DNA of 64,000 nucleotides from Octopus vulgaris (GCA_951406725.2 OX597814.1:131068001-131132000), one strand, 5' to 3'. Positions 12,858-29,257 are shown, numbered from the stretch's first letter. Numbers and translations: made by a program. Notes: generated by a model not told the origin, from the sequence alone.

Positions 12858-13072
12858 ATAATGGTTCAAATTTTGGCGCAAGGCCAGCAACTTCGGAGAC
12901 GGGTAAATCGAATGCATCGACTCCAGTTTTCACCTGGTACTTACTTTATCAACCCCGAAAGGATACAAGGCAAATCGACCACAGCAGAATTTTAACTCTG
13001 AGCGTAAAGATAGTCGAAATGCCGCTAAGCATTTTGCCCGGCGTGCTAACAATTCTGCCAGCTCGCCGCCTT
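12858..13072 (-). mobile_element. SINE family B variant
   Basis: Reverse-complement head aaggcggcgagctggcagaa and central domain. Confidence 0.75.
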
Positions 13073-13088
13073 AGAAAACAAAGAATAA

Positions 13089-13605
13089 GCCCTGAAACAG
13101 TACCAGACAGTGACTCTCATGAATGTTTTGTCTTGGTGTAAAAGACGGGCTACAGCAAATATCCTGTCCAATACCGCTGATTTGCTTGTCAGTTGCTTGA
13201 CCATAACCAGTTGAGCGTGTCCCTTAATGTCTGACGATATGGGCATTTCTGATCACGAGCAGAAGTAGTGGGGGAGCATCATAGCCATGTGATGAGAGGA
13301 GTTCCTTAGGATTTGAATAATTCACCTCTAGAAACATGGGTGTTTTGTTCGACATCCTTAAACAAGCCTTATTCAAGGACGTTTTGAGAGTAATGGGCTA
13401 CTCGACTTGAAGAATATTCTAACTGAGGCCCGCCTGCAAGGACATACGCTGTTTATCTTGATATAAGATCACCATGTCGCGCACATATAGTTGTGGTGAA
13501 CGTGTCTAGTTTACCTTTATCAGACGGGTAGTCATGATGGATATATTGGGCGCCGTATACTGGTACACCCGCATCTCTTTCATGGCATATGCTGCTCTCT
13601 CACTC

Positions 13606-13608
<3 letters not shown>
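13089..13608. mobile_element. ~550-bp non-coding interspersed element (family E) abutting (AAT)n
   Basis: Colinear second copy at 21463-22020. Confidence 0.8.
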
Positions 13609-14725
<1,117 letters not shown>

Positions 14726-14905
14726 TACTGCAGCCATGCTGGAGCACCACCTTTAGCCGAAGAAATCGACCCCAGGGATTATTCTTTGTAAGCGTAGTTC
14801 TTATTCTATCGGTATCTTTTGTTGAACCGCTAATTTACGGGGACGTAAGCACACCAACATCGGTTATCATGGGATGTGAGGGGGAAAACACAGACACACA
14901 AACAT
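14726..14905 (-). mobile_element. SINE family A, 3' half, truncating the R4-type LINE
   Basis: Reverse complement of the family A tail. Confidence 0.8.
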
Positions 14906-14954
14906 ATACATATATATATATATATACATACATATATATATATATATACATACT

Positions 14955-15034
<80 letters not shown>

Positions 15035-15056
15035 CATATGTATATGTATATGTGTG

Positions 15057-15099
<43 letters not shown>

Positions 15100-15104
<5 letters not shown>

Positions 15105-15212
15105 GCATCCTTTTTGTCTCGGGAGACAATGGAGTTGCGCATAAAGTAGTCTAGTCCGGCTTTTACATTTCATGTCCTGATACATTTCCTGATGTGGGTG
15201 TGTAGTCCTATC

Positions 15213-15213
<1 letters not shown>
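15100..15213 (-). mobile_element. RTE LINE 3' tail fragment within (TA)n
   Basis: Minus strand '[10 protein letters not shown]' then ccattgtctcccgagacaaaaaggatgcc, similar to RTE ends at 27815 and 44755. Confidence 0.6.
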
Positions 15214-15272
<59 letters not shown>

Positions 15273-15771
15273 ATCTATATGCATATGTATATATATATAT
15301 ATGTATGTATATGTATATATATATATGTATATATATATATATTCGTGTGTCCCATATGTCTTTGTTTTTACCACCTCTTGATATTTCTATTCCCCTGTAA
15401 CTTACCCGTAAGCAAAAAAGACCGAGAGAGTAAATTCTCCGAAGCAGTGCACCAGCATGGCCGTTGTCCAACAAGTGAAATAAGTAAAAGCGAAAAAAAT
15501 TATATTCTGAGAAACGGATAGTGTTGTGATGATGATCTGTGTGGGCTTCCATACAGAACTACGTTCTTAACTATCCCAGTCACTTTTCTATTCATATCCC
15601 AAAAAGTTATTCTATCCAAAATAACCACACTTCCAATCTGGAACAGCTAAATGCGTTGCGTTTCGAATACCGAAGGGGTGTATGTACGGGGTGCATGTGT
15701 TTGCATATGATATATATATATATATGAGTGTGCGTGTGTGAGTATGTGCGTGTGTGTGTGTACATACACGC

Positions 15772-15827
<56 letters not shown>

Positions 15828-16221
15828 GTATGTATTCAGAGAGAGAGAGAGAAAGAGAAGGACATACAGACAAACAGATGAGATATGTATAACTTCGTTT
15901 CCAAACTGCAACAGCTTTACGTGTTTTGAATGTGTGTGCGACCGTGTGTGTATGTAAATATGTACAAATACATGTACGAAACGTAACAAATATATAGTGA
16001 GAACGTACAAAAAAACAAACAACAAAAGACGAAGACGGGTGTGTAAACAACAAACAGATATATATATATATATACATAGATATATATAAACAACCGTGCG
16101 CAATGTTTTCAAAGAAATAGAAAACTATAAATGTCAATAAATGCGACTAAGAGTGTTAGAACACCTATGTTGCTAAAAATAAGAGTTAAAATGTTCTCAT
16201 GCTGTAGTTAAAGCACATGAT

Positions 16222-16280
<59 letters not shown>

Positions 16281-16326
16281 TGAGAGGGACTGTAATCGCC
16301 TAAAAACACCCAAAAGAGAATTCCAT

Positions 16327-16376
16327 ATACTAACCGATCAGTTTCGGCTATTTCTGTAGCATCATCAGTAGGGACC
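16327..16376 (-). ncRNA. Degenerate minimal hammerhead-like motif
   Basis: Minus strand cua-CUGAUGA-ugcua(cagaaa)uagcc-GAAA-cugaucgg-U-uag; canonical core, cleavage nucleotide apparently missing. Confidence 0.45.
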
Positions 16377-16415
16377 GCTCGCTCGGCTGATTCTGGGACA
16401 CACACACACACGATG

Positions 16416-16518
<103 letters not shown>

Positions 16519-16985
16519 CATACACACACCCATATATATACATATGTGCATACATATATACTTACTTCTATGTGTGCGCACGTACGTGCATGCGTGCGTG
16601 TGCGTGTGCGAATTATCTTGCCACAAGATAAGTTTTAAAGCTTTCTGTGTCTTGTTGCAGAACGATATTCATTCAATTGTTTAACCTGTAATAATCTGAG
16701 ATAACCTTCAATGGATTATCAGCTAAATTCCATCTTGATTAAGAAACGACGCCATTTAATTCTCGAATCTTCTTCGATATCTTTAAACCACTTAGTGACA
16801 ATGATTCTGCATTGCCATATTCGATAGCATAAAAGAGAAACTGTAATACAGGACATTGCATATAACGATTCAAGAAATTTAAATCAGTTAATATTTTCCA
16901 TCATAGTAAGAAGAAAAATCACTGGCTTTATGATTAATAATAGTGAAATGGAACGGTGGAAACAAGGACGATATGTATATGTATA

Positions 16986-17199
16986 TACTTTTGTTTCCGT
17001 CATTTGACTGCGGCCATGCTGGAGCACCACCTTTAGTCGAACAAATCCACACCTGGACTTATTCCTTGTAAGCCTAGTGCTTGTTCTAGCGGTATTTTTT
17101 GACGAACCGCTAATTTACGCGTACGTAAACACACCAACATCAGTTGTCAAGCGATGGTGGGGGACAAACACAGCCACACACACACACACACAAATACAC

Positions 17200-17233
<34 letters not shown>

Positions 17234-17435
17234 ACACACACACACACTCATGCACATACACGCGCATATATTTACGACGAGCTTCTTTCAGTTTCCGTCT
17301 ACCAAATCCATTCACAAGGCTTTAGTCGGCCCAAGGCTATAGTGGAAGACACTTGCCCAACGGACCAAGCAGTGGGACTGAACCTGGAATCATGCGGCTG
17401 TGAAGCAAGCTTCTTACCACATAGCCACACTGTGC
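16986..17435 (-). mobile_element. SINE family A, full length
   Basis: Reverse complement of 9175-9597 with internal (AC)n. Confidence 0.85.
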
Positions 17436-17862
17436 TTATATCAACAAAAATGAATGAAAACGAGAACGCAGTGTGGGATGAATGTCATATTTCGAAGTAC
17501 GATGAGAAACCGAACAGGTTTCAGTGTTATTAGATCTCTTTCAGTGCTGGTATAATCATACCAGCACTGCCAGAATTAAGATGACTTCTCCTCCACTGCA
17601 TCATTGCAAGAACCGTACCTTCTTTATTCCCAAGTTAACATCGACTATTATGGTCAGGCCAGGTCTTCTGGAGACCACATCCTAAATAAGTCAGTCTTCG
17701 CGGAAACAGTGAGGGTTAGCAAACAATTTATGGTCATAAAAAAGTGAGAGTAAATTGTCCTAAAAATGATGAAGCGAAATTGCAATAGAAACCTGAAATG
17801 ACGCCTGTAATCCCTAACAGCTTCATGTAAACAATGGTGTTCGTTGCTAAGTATAGTAAGTG

Positions 17863-18160
17863 AAGGTACATAGCCTAGTGGTTAGAGCTGCGGACTCGCG
17901 GTCGAGGGATCACAGGTTCGAATCTCAGATCGGGCGATATATGTGTTAGTGAGCGAAACACCTAAGCTCCACGCGGCTCCGGCAGAAGGTAATGGCGAAC
18001 TTTTGCTGACTCTTTCGCCACAACTTTCTCTCTGTCTTTCCTCCTGAATTTTGCAGCTCACCTACAACGGACCAGCGTCCCGTCCAGGTGGGGAACCTAT
18101 ACGCCAAGGAAACCGGGAAACCGGCCCTTATGAGTCAGGTATGGCTCGAGAAGGAACTAG
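17863..18160 (+). mobile_element. SINE family C (tRNA-derived head)
   Basis: A box tagcctagtgg, B box ggttcgaatc; 3' gcgtcccgtccag...gaaaccgggaaaccgg shared with 32812 and 46141. Confidence 0.8.
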
Positions 18161-19495
18161 GTATAGTACATCGGTGTGCCTCGGTCGCTACTTCTGAAGT
18201 GAAGAACATATCACTAGATGGTACAAGTCATATAAATGCCTGTGGATGTAGCATAATGAGAGACTCCTTTATATTCTTACGAAATTTTCAGATGTCACTG
18301 ACATCACTTCCGATTTCTATCGTAAATTACTTTCACTTTTTTTTAACAAATTACATTCACTTTTTTTACAACAGTAAACTGCATATTAAGCTACTGTAAG
18401 ATGGTTGCCAGTTTTCTACCCATCCATATTGTAGACATTAGCCCGATGTCAGTTGGCACAATTTCCCGTGCTTGGCCATCCGAAGTATATTGGCAGTTTT
18501 AGTGAATAAACATTGAGCCGTGTGACAAAAGAATAACTGGCGAGGGAAATACCTACTGTGTTAAAAACAAATTGTAAAGTCTGAGCTAACATATTAAATG
18601 TAGTGAACCAAGAAATTCTAATTAAAATTATACCTGTAGTGATGAGAACAATTATTAACTTAATGAGTTCGGCTTGCTATATTATATAACGTTTCATAGA
18701 GGCTGGTAGGACACGACAAAAATCTTTGGCAAGGAAAAAACACTCGGCTCTAATAAGTATTATGGGAGATATAACAGCATCTGGAATCGGTAGAAAATAC
18801 ATCGGTGATAAAAGTATTGAACATGCGTAAGCTAGGTGCATATACGTATGAGAGTGTGCAAGTGTTAATGTGTCTGTGTGCATGTGTGTGTACATCTATT
18901 CGAGCGTGTGTGTGTGTGTGTGTGCATATGTGTATATGTGAAAGTGCATCTGAATGTATGTGAGCACGCATTTGTGTATGTATGTATGTATGTATGTATG
19001 TATGTGTATACGCGTGTGAGCGTGCACGTATGTGTATGTTTAAATGTGCATGTGTGCGTATGGGACTCTGTGAGGTGTGTGTGTGTGCATACATGAGCGT
19101 TTGCGTATGTGTGTGTATATGTTTGTGTGTGTGTGTGTGAGTGTGTGGGTATATGTTTGTGTGTGTGCGTGTGTGTGTGTGTGTGTGCGCGCGTGCTTAT
19201 GTTTTAATTGATTGATGGTAGTAAGGCTGATCTTGCCATTGTATACTTAACTCTTTTGTAGAAATTAGTAATATCTATCATAAAGAATGGAAAATTGGGT
19301 GTATGCGTGTGTGTGTGTGAAAGTATTTCCGTGCGTGTGTGAATGTGTTTGTACGTGTGTGTGTGTGTGTATGTGTGTGTGCATGTGTGCATTTTATATG
19401 TGTGCGTCTATGTGTGTATCTTCCTATCTTTCTAGCTATCTCTCTCTATATAAATGCATATATATACATGCATATATATATATATGCATATGCAC

Positions 19496-19545
<50 letters not shown>

Positions 19546-19658
19546 CGATATATAAATACACACGTACATATATACATACATACATGTGCGTGATTGTGTG
19601 TGTATATGTTTGTGTGTGTATGCGTGTGTATGCGTGTGTGTGAGTGCGTATGTGTGTG

Positions 19659-19824
<166 letters not shown>

Positions 19825-20587
19825 TCGATTTGATAATTAGGACAGTTATTGTTAACAACGAATTTTTTTTTTTTTATTACTTCAACTTCTGAATTTTCGC
19901 TGAATGAGCAAAAAGCAGAACAGCATTAAATATTGTTCTGATTGCGGCAGATATTAATTCTAAGCGAGATTTCATTAAATTTTTATTACACAAAAGATGG
20001 AAGAAAGCAAAGAAAATAAAATTTATATTCATATCCGTAATGAGAGTCTGTTGACGTTATCGGCGTCTCTGTTGTTATTGTTGCTATTATCGTTGCGATT
20101 ATTGTATTATCCTCCCTATTGCTGTTGTTGCTGTTGTGAGAAAATCTAAAAAACAAAAACAAAATAGCATTCTTCTATTCGTTAATTTCATTAAATTTAC
20201 TTGAAATTTTCGGTGAAATCAAACACGTCATCAGAATACCCTAAGTTTTAGAAGCATACATTAGTTATATGTTTAAGAAGTTTGTTTCGAAACGACGTGT
20301 TTGCAGGTTCGATCTTACTGTGTGGAACTTTAGGCAATTCTTTTCTACCATACATAGCATAGGATTGCTCAACGCCTTATGAGCGAAATTTGTTGGACAG
20401 AAACTGTATGGAGTTCCGGAAAAGGAACTGGTACCTTTCCTATTTGGAGATGGTAAGCTTAATCAGTTGGTCGGTTTAATATTGCCGCTTAACCCATGGG
20501 CTCTTAAAGTAGAGGCTTTTCTCTTGCGATAACTCAAACCTCGTCTACTGCTGTTTCAGTATTCACTGCTTCCAATAATTTTATGTT

Positions 20588-21152
<565 letters not shown>

Positions 21153-21304
21153 GGTATGCGCAACCTTCTTTCGTAAAGCGGGCTGCATGAAACATTGCTC
21201 ATCATCAGGCGAGCTGTACTACAAAAAGAATGGTAATTAAAGGTAATTTTCAGAAAGTCCCGTGGGTTAAAGGTTACCTATCATTAGTCTAAATAATAAT
21301 GATG

Positions 21305-21390
<86 letters not shown>

Positions 21391-21407
21391 TAATAATGAT
21401 AATAATA

Positions 21408-21460
<53 letters not shown>

Positions 21461-21462
21461 AG

Positions 21463-22020
21463 ATGCCCTGATGCAGTACCAGGCAGTGGCTCTCATGGCT
21501 TCTGATCTTAACTGAATGGAAGTGTTATCATGTACATTGTTTTGTCTTGGTATAAAAGATGGGCTACAGCAAATATTCTGCTCCAAACCACAGATTTGCT
21601 TGTCAGTTGTTTGATCTTAACCAGTTGACCATGTCCCTTAGTGGCTGACGATATATGCATCTCTGACCACGAGCAGAAGTAGTGGGGGAGCATCATAACC
21701 GTGTGTTGATAGGAATTCTTGGAGTTTTAGATAATTCACCTTTGGAAACACGGGTGGTTCGTTCAACATCATTTAACAATCCTTATTCAGGTACCTTTTG
21801 AGCGGATTGGGCTACTCGACCAGAAGAAAATTGTAACTGGGCCCCACCTGCAAGGTCATGCGCTGTTTATCTTGATATGAGATCACCATGTCGCGCACAT
21901 ATGGTTGTGATGCATGTGCCTGGTGTACCCTTATCAGACGGGTAGTCATGATGGGTATACTGGGCTTCGTATATTTTACCCCAGTGTCACTTTCATGGCA
22001 TGCACTGCTCTCTCACTCAA
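21463..22020. mobile_element. Family E element, second copy, flanked by trinucleotide arrays
   Basis: Colinear with 13089-13608. Confidence 0.8.
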
Positions 22021-22310
22021 CAACAACAACAACAACAACAACAATAATAATAATAATAATAATAATGATAATAATAATAATAATAATAATAATGATAATA
22101 ATAATAATAATAATAATAACGATAATAATAATGATAATGATGATAATGATGGTAGTGGTGGTGGTGGTGGTGGTGGTGGTGGTGGTGGTGGTGGTGGTGG
22201 TGATGATGATGATGATGACGATGATGATGATGATGATGATGATGATGAGGTGGAGGAGGAGGAGGAGGAGGGGAGGAGGAAGATCGCAACAACAAACAAC
22301 AACAAGAAAT
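22018..22310. repeat. Compound trinucleotide microsatellite (AAC/AAT/GAT/GGT/GAG)
   Basis: Visible arrays. Confidence 0.9.
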
Positions 22311-22561
22311 AACAATGAAATAAGCTAGAGATTCAATTATTCAATGAACAGCATTTAAGATTCACCGGAAGTGAAACGCTTATCGAGAATTCGGAGAGTT
22401 TACTTTTTTCTCGCCATGTCTGACTCAGACAAAATGTCAACAATAAAATTAATGAAGTTCAAATAAAAATGAACAAAAGTGAAAAATCATAAATAACAGT
22501 GATTGAGGGAAAAGAAGGAAGGAGTGAATGTAACAAAGACAGAAAGGAAGGCAGGAAGGAA

Positions 22562-22593
<32 letters not shown>

Positions 22594-22852
22594 AGTAAGG
22601 AAGATAGAAAAGAACGAAAAAAAGAGGTAGACAGAAAGAAAAAAGAATGATAAAGAAAGAGGGAATAAGAAAAAACAAAATAAAAATGAAGAATGAGATG
22701 AAAATAAATAGATGAAAGAAACAAAAGAAATGAGGAAATGAATAAAAGAAAAAGAGAGAAAGAACAAATGAATTAATAAATTATAGAAAGAAAGAAAGAA
22801 AGAAAGAAGAGACTGATTCTTCAATATCTTTCCAGATAGATATAAAATCTAA

Positions 22853-23291
<439 letters not shown>

Positions 23292-23815
23292 ACGGACAGA
23301 GAGGGAGAGAGAGACATGGACTGATCTATTGATAGTTTAATTGATTAATTGAAGGAATGTGCGTGCATATGTATATGCGTGTTTGCTCGTGTACAAATAT
23401 GTACACAAGTGTATGTGTGTGCGCACGTACGCGTGTAACTTTGTAGTTCACAGTACAAGTGCAAGGAATGACTCATGTATTTTGAGTTCATAATCGTGTG
23501 TTTGATGGTGAACTTTAAAGCTCTTAAATTCTCCCAGCCTCAATTAAGTAAGCAGTAATGGAATAATACTAAAATTTTCAGATAATGCACTTTATGTATC
23601 GAAAATACTTATTTTTTTAAATATTTTTAATATTTCAAATAAATCGCCGGAGGATAGAACACCGTTTATTGTTTTAATCCAGTTGTGATAATTGTGCTGG
23701 AAAAGAAGAAGAAAAAAAAATTCACAAAATGTATGCATTCTTACATTTTCGCATTCTTCATTTAAGACTTTCAGATAATAAATATATATATAATCTATAT
23801 ATATAAATATGTATG

Positions 23816-23895
<80 letters not shown>

Positions 23896-25410
23896 ATGCT
23901 GTATAATGCTGTTTCGAGGAAGTGTCGTAGGAGGAATAAACACTATTCTAAATATACGTTCGGTGAATTGAAGATTGAGGCGAATGACCTAAAGTTGAAT
24001 ATGCTACGCTGCTGATACATGCAATATAAACCGCAGAGGAATAAATACCAAACGGTATCCAATAAGGATGTGAACTCAGGCGTAAAGAAGAAATTCTATT
24101 ATCTCTGATATTGGTGCCGTTGTCTTTTACTGTTATTATCTTTTATATTTATTTACATATTTTTTATTATTATTATTATTTTTTTTTTTTTTTTTTTAAA
24201 CTTTTTAGTTAATGATATAGAAATGAATATATTTCTGTTTCATTTAACTTGGCTTTATTCTATTATTCTAATGCTAAATGATGAAATATCTCGAATTAGT
24301 TTAGCATTTTTTTTCCTGGCTATGATGAGGCATTGCTTTCAATGGATTCTTCGTAAATTGTCTCGACCATATTTACGTATTTCGTCCTTAAGACAGCTAG
24401 CTGGTAATATTGTTAAAACGACGGGCTTAAATGTTAAGCGGGGTTTTTATTTGTCTCCTTTACGCTCTAACATCAAATCCCGCCGTTCAAGAATTTGGAC
24501 CGTATATTGTCCAGTGACATCATTTTGGTAGCGGTGGTCAGAGGCAGTCAATCGGAACTGTTTAATATTGCATCGTCAAGAGCTCTTCTCATTTCTTTTT
24601 AGGATCTTGAATAAGTAATATTCAGGAAGAAAGTGAAGTATTAACAGAATCCAACGTCAATCAGAAGACGGTGGAATTAAAACTGGATATCCATAGAGAA
24701 AAGTACATGCAGATATGTCGTCTCAGCTGCTCCAGAATTAGTGTTTCCAGCGACTTCAAGGGCCACCTCCCAGTGGTGTCGGGCGTCAACGAAGAGCCCT
24801 CGACTACAACAAGACGCCCAAAGTTTTTTTCCAAGGTCTGGGGTCTCCCGCCCTTAAGCCCTAGACCATCACCTAATAACCCTTACCCGTCTTTTTGCTT
24901 AACAACAACAACAACATCAAATCCCACCGTGGTTGAAATTGCCTTTCATTGTCTCGAGTTAAATAAAATACCAATCATATACTGAGGGTCGATGTAATCG
25001 ACCAACTCCTTCCCCTTAAAATTTCTCGCCTTGCTCCAAAATTTGAAACACTTGATTCCTTCTGGAATACATCTCTTTTCGTAGTTAGGTACGTTAAATG
25101 TAATATCTACATTACTTTTAACGTACATAAACATTATTCGACGCGCTATTTTGTACCGCTACGCGCGCATATGTATGTGTGCATTTCCATACGTACAAAT
25201 GGCTCCCGCAAATTTTACTTAAAATGTACTTATATACCCGATTCTATTGGTAGAAGACACTAGGCGTCAGGCTGTGAGATGGAAACTGTAATTGCGTGGT
25301 CGCGAACTGAACCTCTTAACCACACTGCTACATTGTCAATAAGATTATAAGTTTTTGGACTATAGTCTTCAGAAATAAAAATGGTGTTCAGAAATAAAAT
25401 TGTGTCAATA

Positions 25411-25832
25411 AGGCGACGATGTGGTAGAAGCGTTAGCACGCCGGGCGAAATGCTTAGCAGTATTTCGTCTGCCGCTACATTCTGAGTTCAAATTCCGCCG
25501 AGGTCGACTTTGTCTTTTATCCTTTTGGGGTCAATTAAATAAGTACCAGTTATGCACTGTGGTCGATATGATCGACTTAATCCGTTTTTCTGTCTTGTTT
25601 GTCCCTCTTGTGGGCAGTAAAGAAATAAGAAACGTTAGCACGCCGGGCGAAATGCTTAGCAGTATTTCGTTTGTTTTTACGTTCTGAGTTCAAATTCCGC
25701 TGAGGTCGACTTTGCCTCACATCCTTTCGGGGGTCGATAAATTAAGTTCCAGTTGCGTACTGGGGTCGATCTAATCGACTCCCTGCCCCCACTCTCCAAA
25801 CATTCCGGCCCTTGTGCCCAGAGTAGAAAAGA
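25411..25832 (+). mobile_element. SINE family B, two copies in tandem
   Basis: Head sequence cgttagcacgccgggcgaaatgcttagc at ~25431 and ~25633. Confidence 0.85.
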
Positions 25833-27006
25833 ATATGATTCGATTAATTTGATCGCTGAACACATTCAGAAATCTTATTCTTGAATGCGTAAATGGTACC
25901 GAGCTGGATTCGAACTAAATATATTATTCTTATTCTATATGCCAGAACCTCATATATTTATGCCAGAACCTCATATATTTATATACTTCATCCGTCTCAT
26001 GGGGACAAGGCTAGAAATAAAATTTATTACTCTAAACTTTTTACTACTTCTAATCATATGACCCCCAGCTGTGTTGCTGGGTGGGAGGATCATCACTTAA
26101 AAGGGGCATAGCCGATTATGCCGATGCTAACCCGACCCCTGCCTTCGTTCAGTACTTCGCTAGTACTTTATTTTATCGATCTCGCAAGGATGAAAGGCAA
26201 AGTGGAGTTTAGCGGGATTTGAACACAGAGAGTTAAAGAGCCGTGACTAAATACCCAGAGTTATTTGCTCCGATGCTCTGCCGATTCCACAGTTCACCAC
26301 TTTTATTTATTTATTGCTTTTTCTTTTGTTTTTTTTTTAAACGGTACAATCTCTTTTATTCTATCCTAAAACATACATCATGTTGCGGTCATTTCTCTAA
26401 CTTAACCATTAATAATCATTCATGCAACATTGCCAATAAACTGAATTCTCCACGGTGATCAAAGACATTCTTTAATGCCACATTATCGTAGAAAAAGGGT
26501 TATTAAAATTTTTCTCAAAGTTCCAGTAACAAATGCGGTGGCGAGGTTGAAGGGTCTCCTGTTAAACAAAGAAATACCAATATAAATGAAAATTTATGTG
26601 AAATTAATTTGTTTTAGAAATTTTCAAATATTAATTGTGATTTTATATGTATTTTTTATTTGATGTTCATTTTTATTTCTTTTCTTAGAATTCCTTTCAG
26701 TCATTTAGTATTTTATAATTTTTACACTAATATCAGTACCAACGACCTATATTTTAAAACTGATATGTAGCTGGCGGCGTATCGGCAGAGTCATTAGCAT
26801 GTCGGGCAGAATCTTTCGCGTTGATATTTGCTTTGACTTACAGCACTCTGAGTTCAACACGAGCTGAGGGCAATATTTGTATTTCCGAAATAATAAGTAC
26901 CTCTCAAAGATCCTAGATTGGCAAAACTGTAAGAGCGTTAGATAGGATGCCTTGCGGTATTTGTTCCCTCTCTTTGCGAGTTTAAATTCATACATGTATA
27001 TATATA

Positions 27007-27203
27007 TGAGTGACTGTGTGGTAAGAAGCTTGCTTCTCAATCACATGGTTCCGGGTTCAGTCCTACTTCGTGGTATCTTGGGCAAGTGTCTTCTATTATA
27101 ACCTCGGGTCGACCAAATTCTAGCTCGGGTCAACCAAAGCCTTGGGAATGGATTTGGTAGACGGAAGCTGAAAGAAGCGCGTGCGTGCGTGTGTGTGTGT
27201 GTA

Positions 27204-27234
<31 letters not shown>

Positions 27235-27433
27235 TTGTGTGCCTGTGTTTGCCCCCACCATCGATTGATAACCGGTGTTGGTGTGTCTACGTGCCCATAA
27301 ATTAGCGGTTCGGCAAAAGAGGCTGATAGAATAAGTACTAGGCTTACAAAGGATAAGTCCTGGAGTCGATTTGTTCGACTAAAGGTGATGCTCCAGCATG
27401 GCCGCAGTCAAATGACTGAAACAAGTAAAAGAG
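27007..27433 (+). mobile_element. SINE family A, full length
   Basis: Family A match. Confidence 0.85.
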
Positions 27434-27497
27434 TTTATATATATGTATATGATTAAATCAGTTTAGAAATACCCTAATCTTAGATGAAGAGACCAAA

Positions 27498-27710
27498 GCG
27501 GCGTGATGGCAGAATATTTACCAATCTTGTTTCTAAAAGATGCTTAGCGGCATTTCTTCCGGTTTATATTCTACGTTTATATGTCACCGGCTTTGCCTTT
27601 AGTCATTTCGGGGTCGATAAATTAAGTACCAGCTGAACACTGGAACTGATGTAATCGATTAATCTCCGAAATAGATGGCTTTGTTTCAAAATTTGAAATC
27701 ACTATTAAAT
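27498..27710 (+). mobile_element. SINE family B, degenerate
   Basis: tttgccttt..tttcggggtcgataaattaagtaccag. Confidence 0.65.
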
Positions 27711-27814
27711 GAAAAGACGCAGATGTTCTATATTGTAATAGATATTTCGGTATGTGATAAATGCGAAGTTTGATTCCTATCAAAATAGCTGCTATTTCTC
27801 TGCTATGGAATAGT

Positions 27815-28480
27815 AAGCATCCGTCGGTCTCGAGAGGTCTTCTTGTCTTGAGACAGCATTCACCCGGAATGGGTTGAGCTGGCTTCATTCATCTTCAGTG
27901 CTGCATCTCTCACAAACGCCGACCAGACCTGGCGATTGAGGCTAATGACCGCGTGATCTCCAACCACTCCCTATTCCAGCGGCGAACGCCGTAGATATGG
28001 GGGCCTAGGTTGGCTTCCAGATCAGCCTTGACTGTTATCAGCCTGGTTTTTCGTTGTCCACCACATCGCTTTCGCCAACCTTGAAGGGGAGCTGGGGCAA
28101 TTGCTTCGTAGATGAATTCTCCTGGTTGACGACGGAGGGCATGACCCAGCCAACGCAGACGTCTCGTTAGGATGACTTGTCGGAGGGAGGTGATTTTGCA
28201 CTGGTGTCGCACCGAATTGCTGGAGACAAAGTGATGCCAACGGAGATGAAGGATGCGGCGTAGGCAGAGCTGATCGAAGGATTCTAGTCGCTAGTCTCGA
28301 GATGCCATGGATCTGAGCCCAAAGAAAACGTGTCAGCGGCTGATGGTGGTGCAGCGCCTGTTATGGCTTCACAGGCCCACACGTGAGTGGCAGTCTCGCA
28401 TCCAGCGACTGCATTTGAAAGAGCTCTCTGCTGGGGCTGATGATTTTTCCTTCCGTCTTGTGCACTTTTCTTTGATGGAG
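27815..28480 (-). pseudogene. Two nested RTE-clade LINE 3' fragments
   Basis: Inner: RRLRWLGHALRR..GWRKRCGGQRKT. Outer: FKCSRWMRDCHSRVGL plus RTE tail ctctcgagaccgacggatgc. Confidence 0.75.
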
Positions 28481-28865
28481 CAGAGGCGCGTGGCTTAGTG
28501 TTTAAGGTGTTGGTCTCATGGTTGAAAAGATTGTGGTTTCGAGTAGCAGCGCGAGTAGAATGAATTTGTTGTTAAATCCTGACCAGAGGGGCACCTACAG
28601 CTATAACTCAGCTGGAATGGATCGATGCTACGAGGGAACCCGCGATGTAGGGGAACTGCACTTTCTTTCCCTATGCTACATTAGCTTTGCCTTTTATATT
28701 TACGGGCCTAAAATATAATCAATCTTGCGCGTTTGATTGGCGTAACTGTAAGAACGTCAGGTGAATTACTTGTAGAATTCGTTCCAGTTTTTTTACTCGT
28801 AAGTTCAAATCCCCCACTAGGCTGATAGACTTAATGCGTCGCCCGGTTTAACACCATCATCTAAT

Positions 28866-29257
28866 ACCTATTTCTTTACTTCCCACAAGGGGCTAAACAC
28901 AGAGAGTACAAACAAGGACAGACAAACGGATTAAGTCGCTTACATCGACCCCAGTGCGTAACCGGTACTTATTTAATCGACCCCGAAAGGATGAAAGGCA
29001 AAGTCAACCTCGGCGGAATTTGAACTCAGAACGTAGCGGCAGACGAAATACCTATTGCTTTACTACCCACAAGGGACTAAACACAGAGGGGGCAAACAAG
29101 GACAGACAAACGGATTAAGTCGACTATATCGAAACCAGTGCGTAACTGGTACTTATTTAATCAACCCCGAAAGGATGAAAGGCAAAGTCGACCTCGGCGG
29201 AATTTGAACTCGGAACGTAACGGCAGACGAAATAACGCTAAGCATTTCGCCCGGCGC
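28866..29257 (-). mobile_element. SINE family B, head plus tandem body
   Basis: Two ~190-bp bodies joined at ggcagacgaaatacctatt. Confidence 0.88.

Noticed and set aside
24603-24900. Less AT-rich unique segment with an ORF after a polypyrimidine-AG
   Set aside because: All three frames stop within five codons of the acceptor; no recognisable protein.
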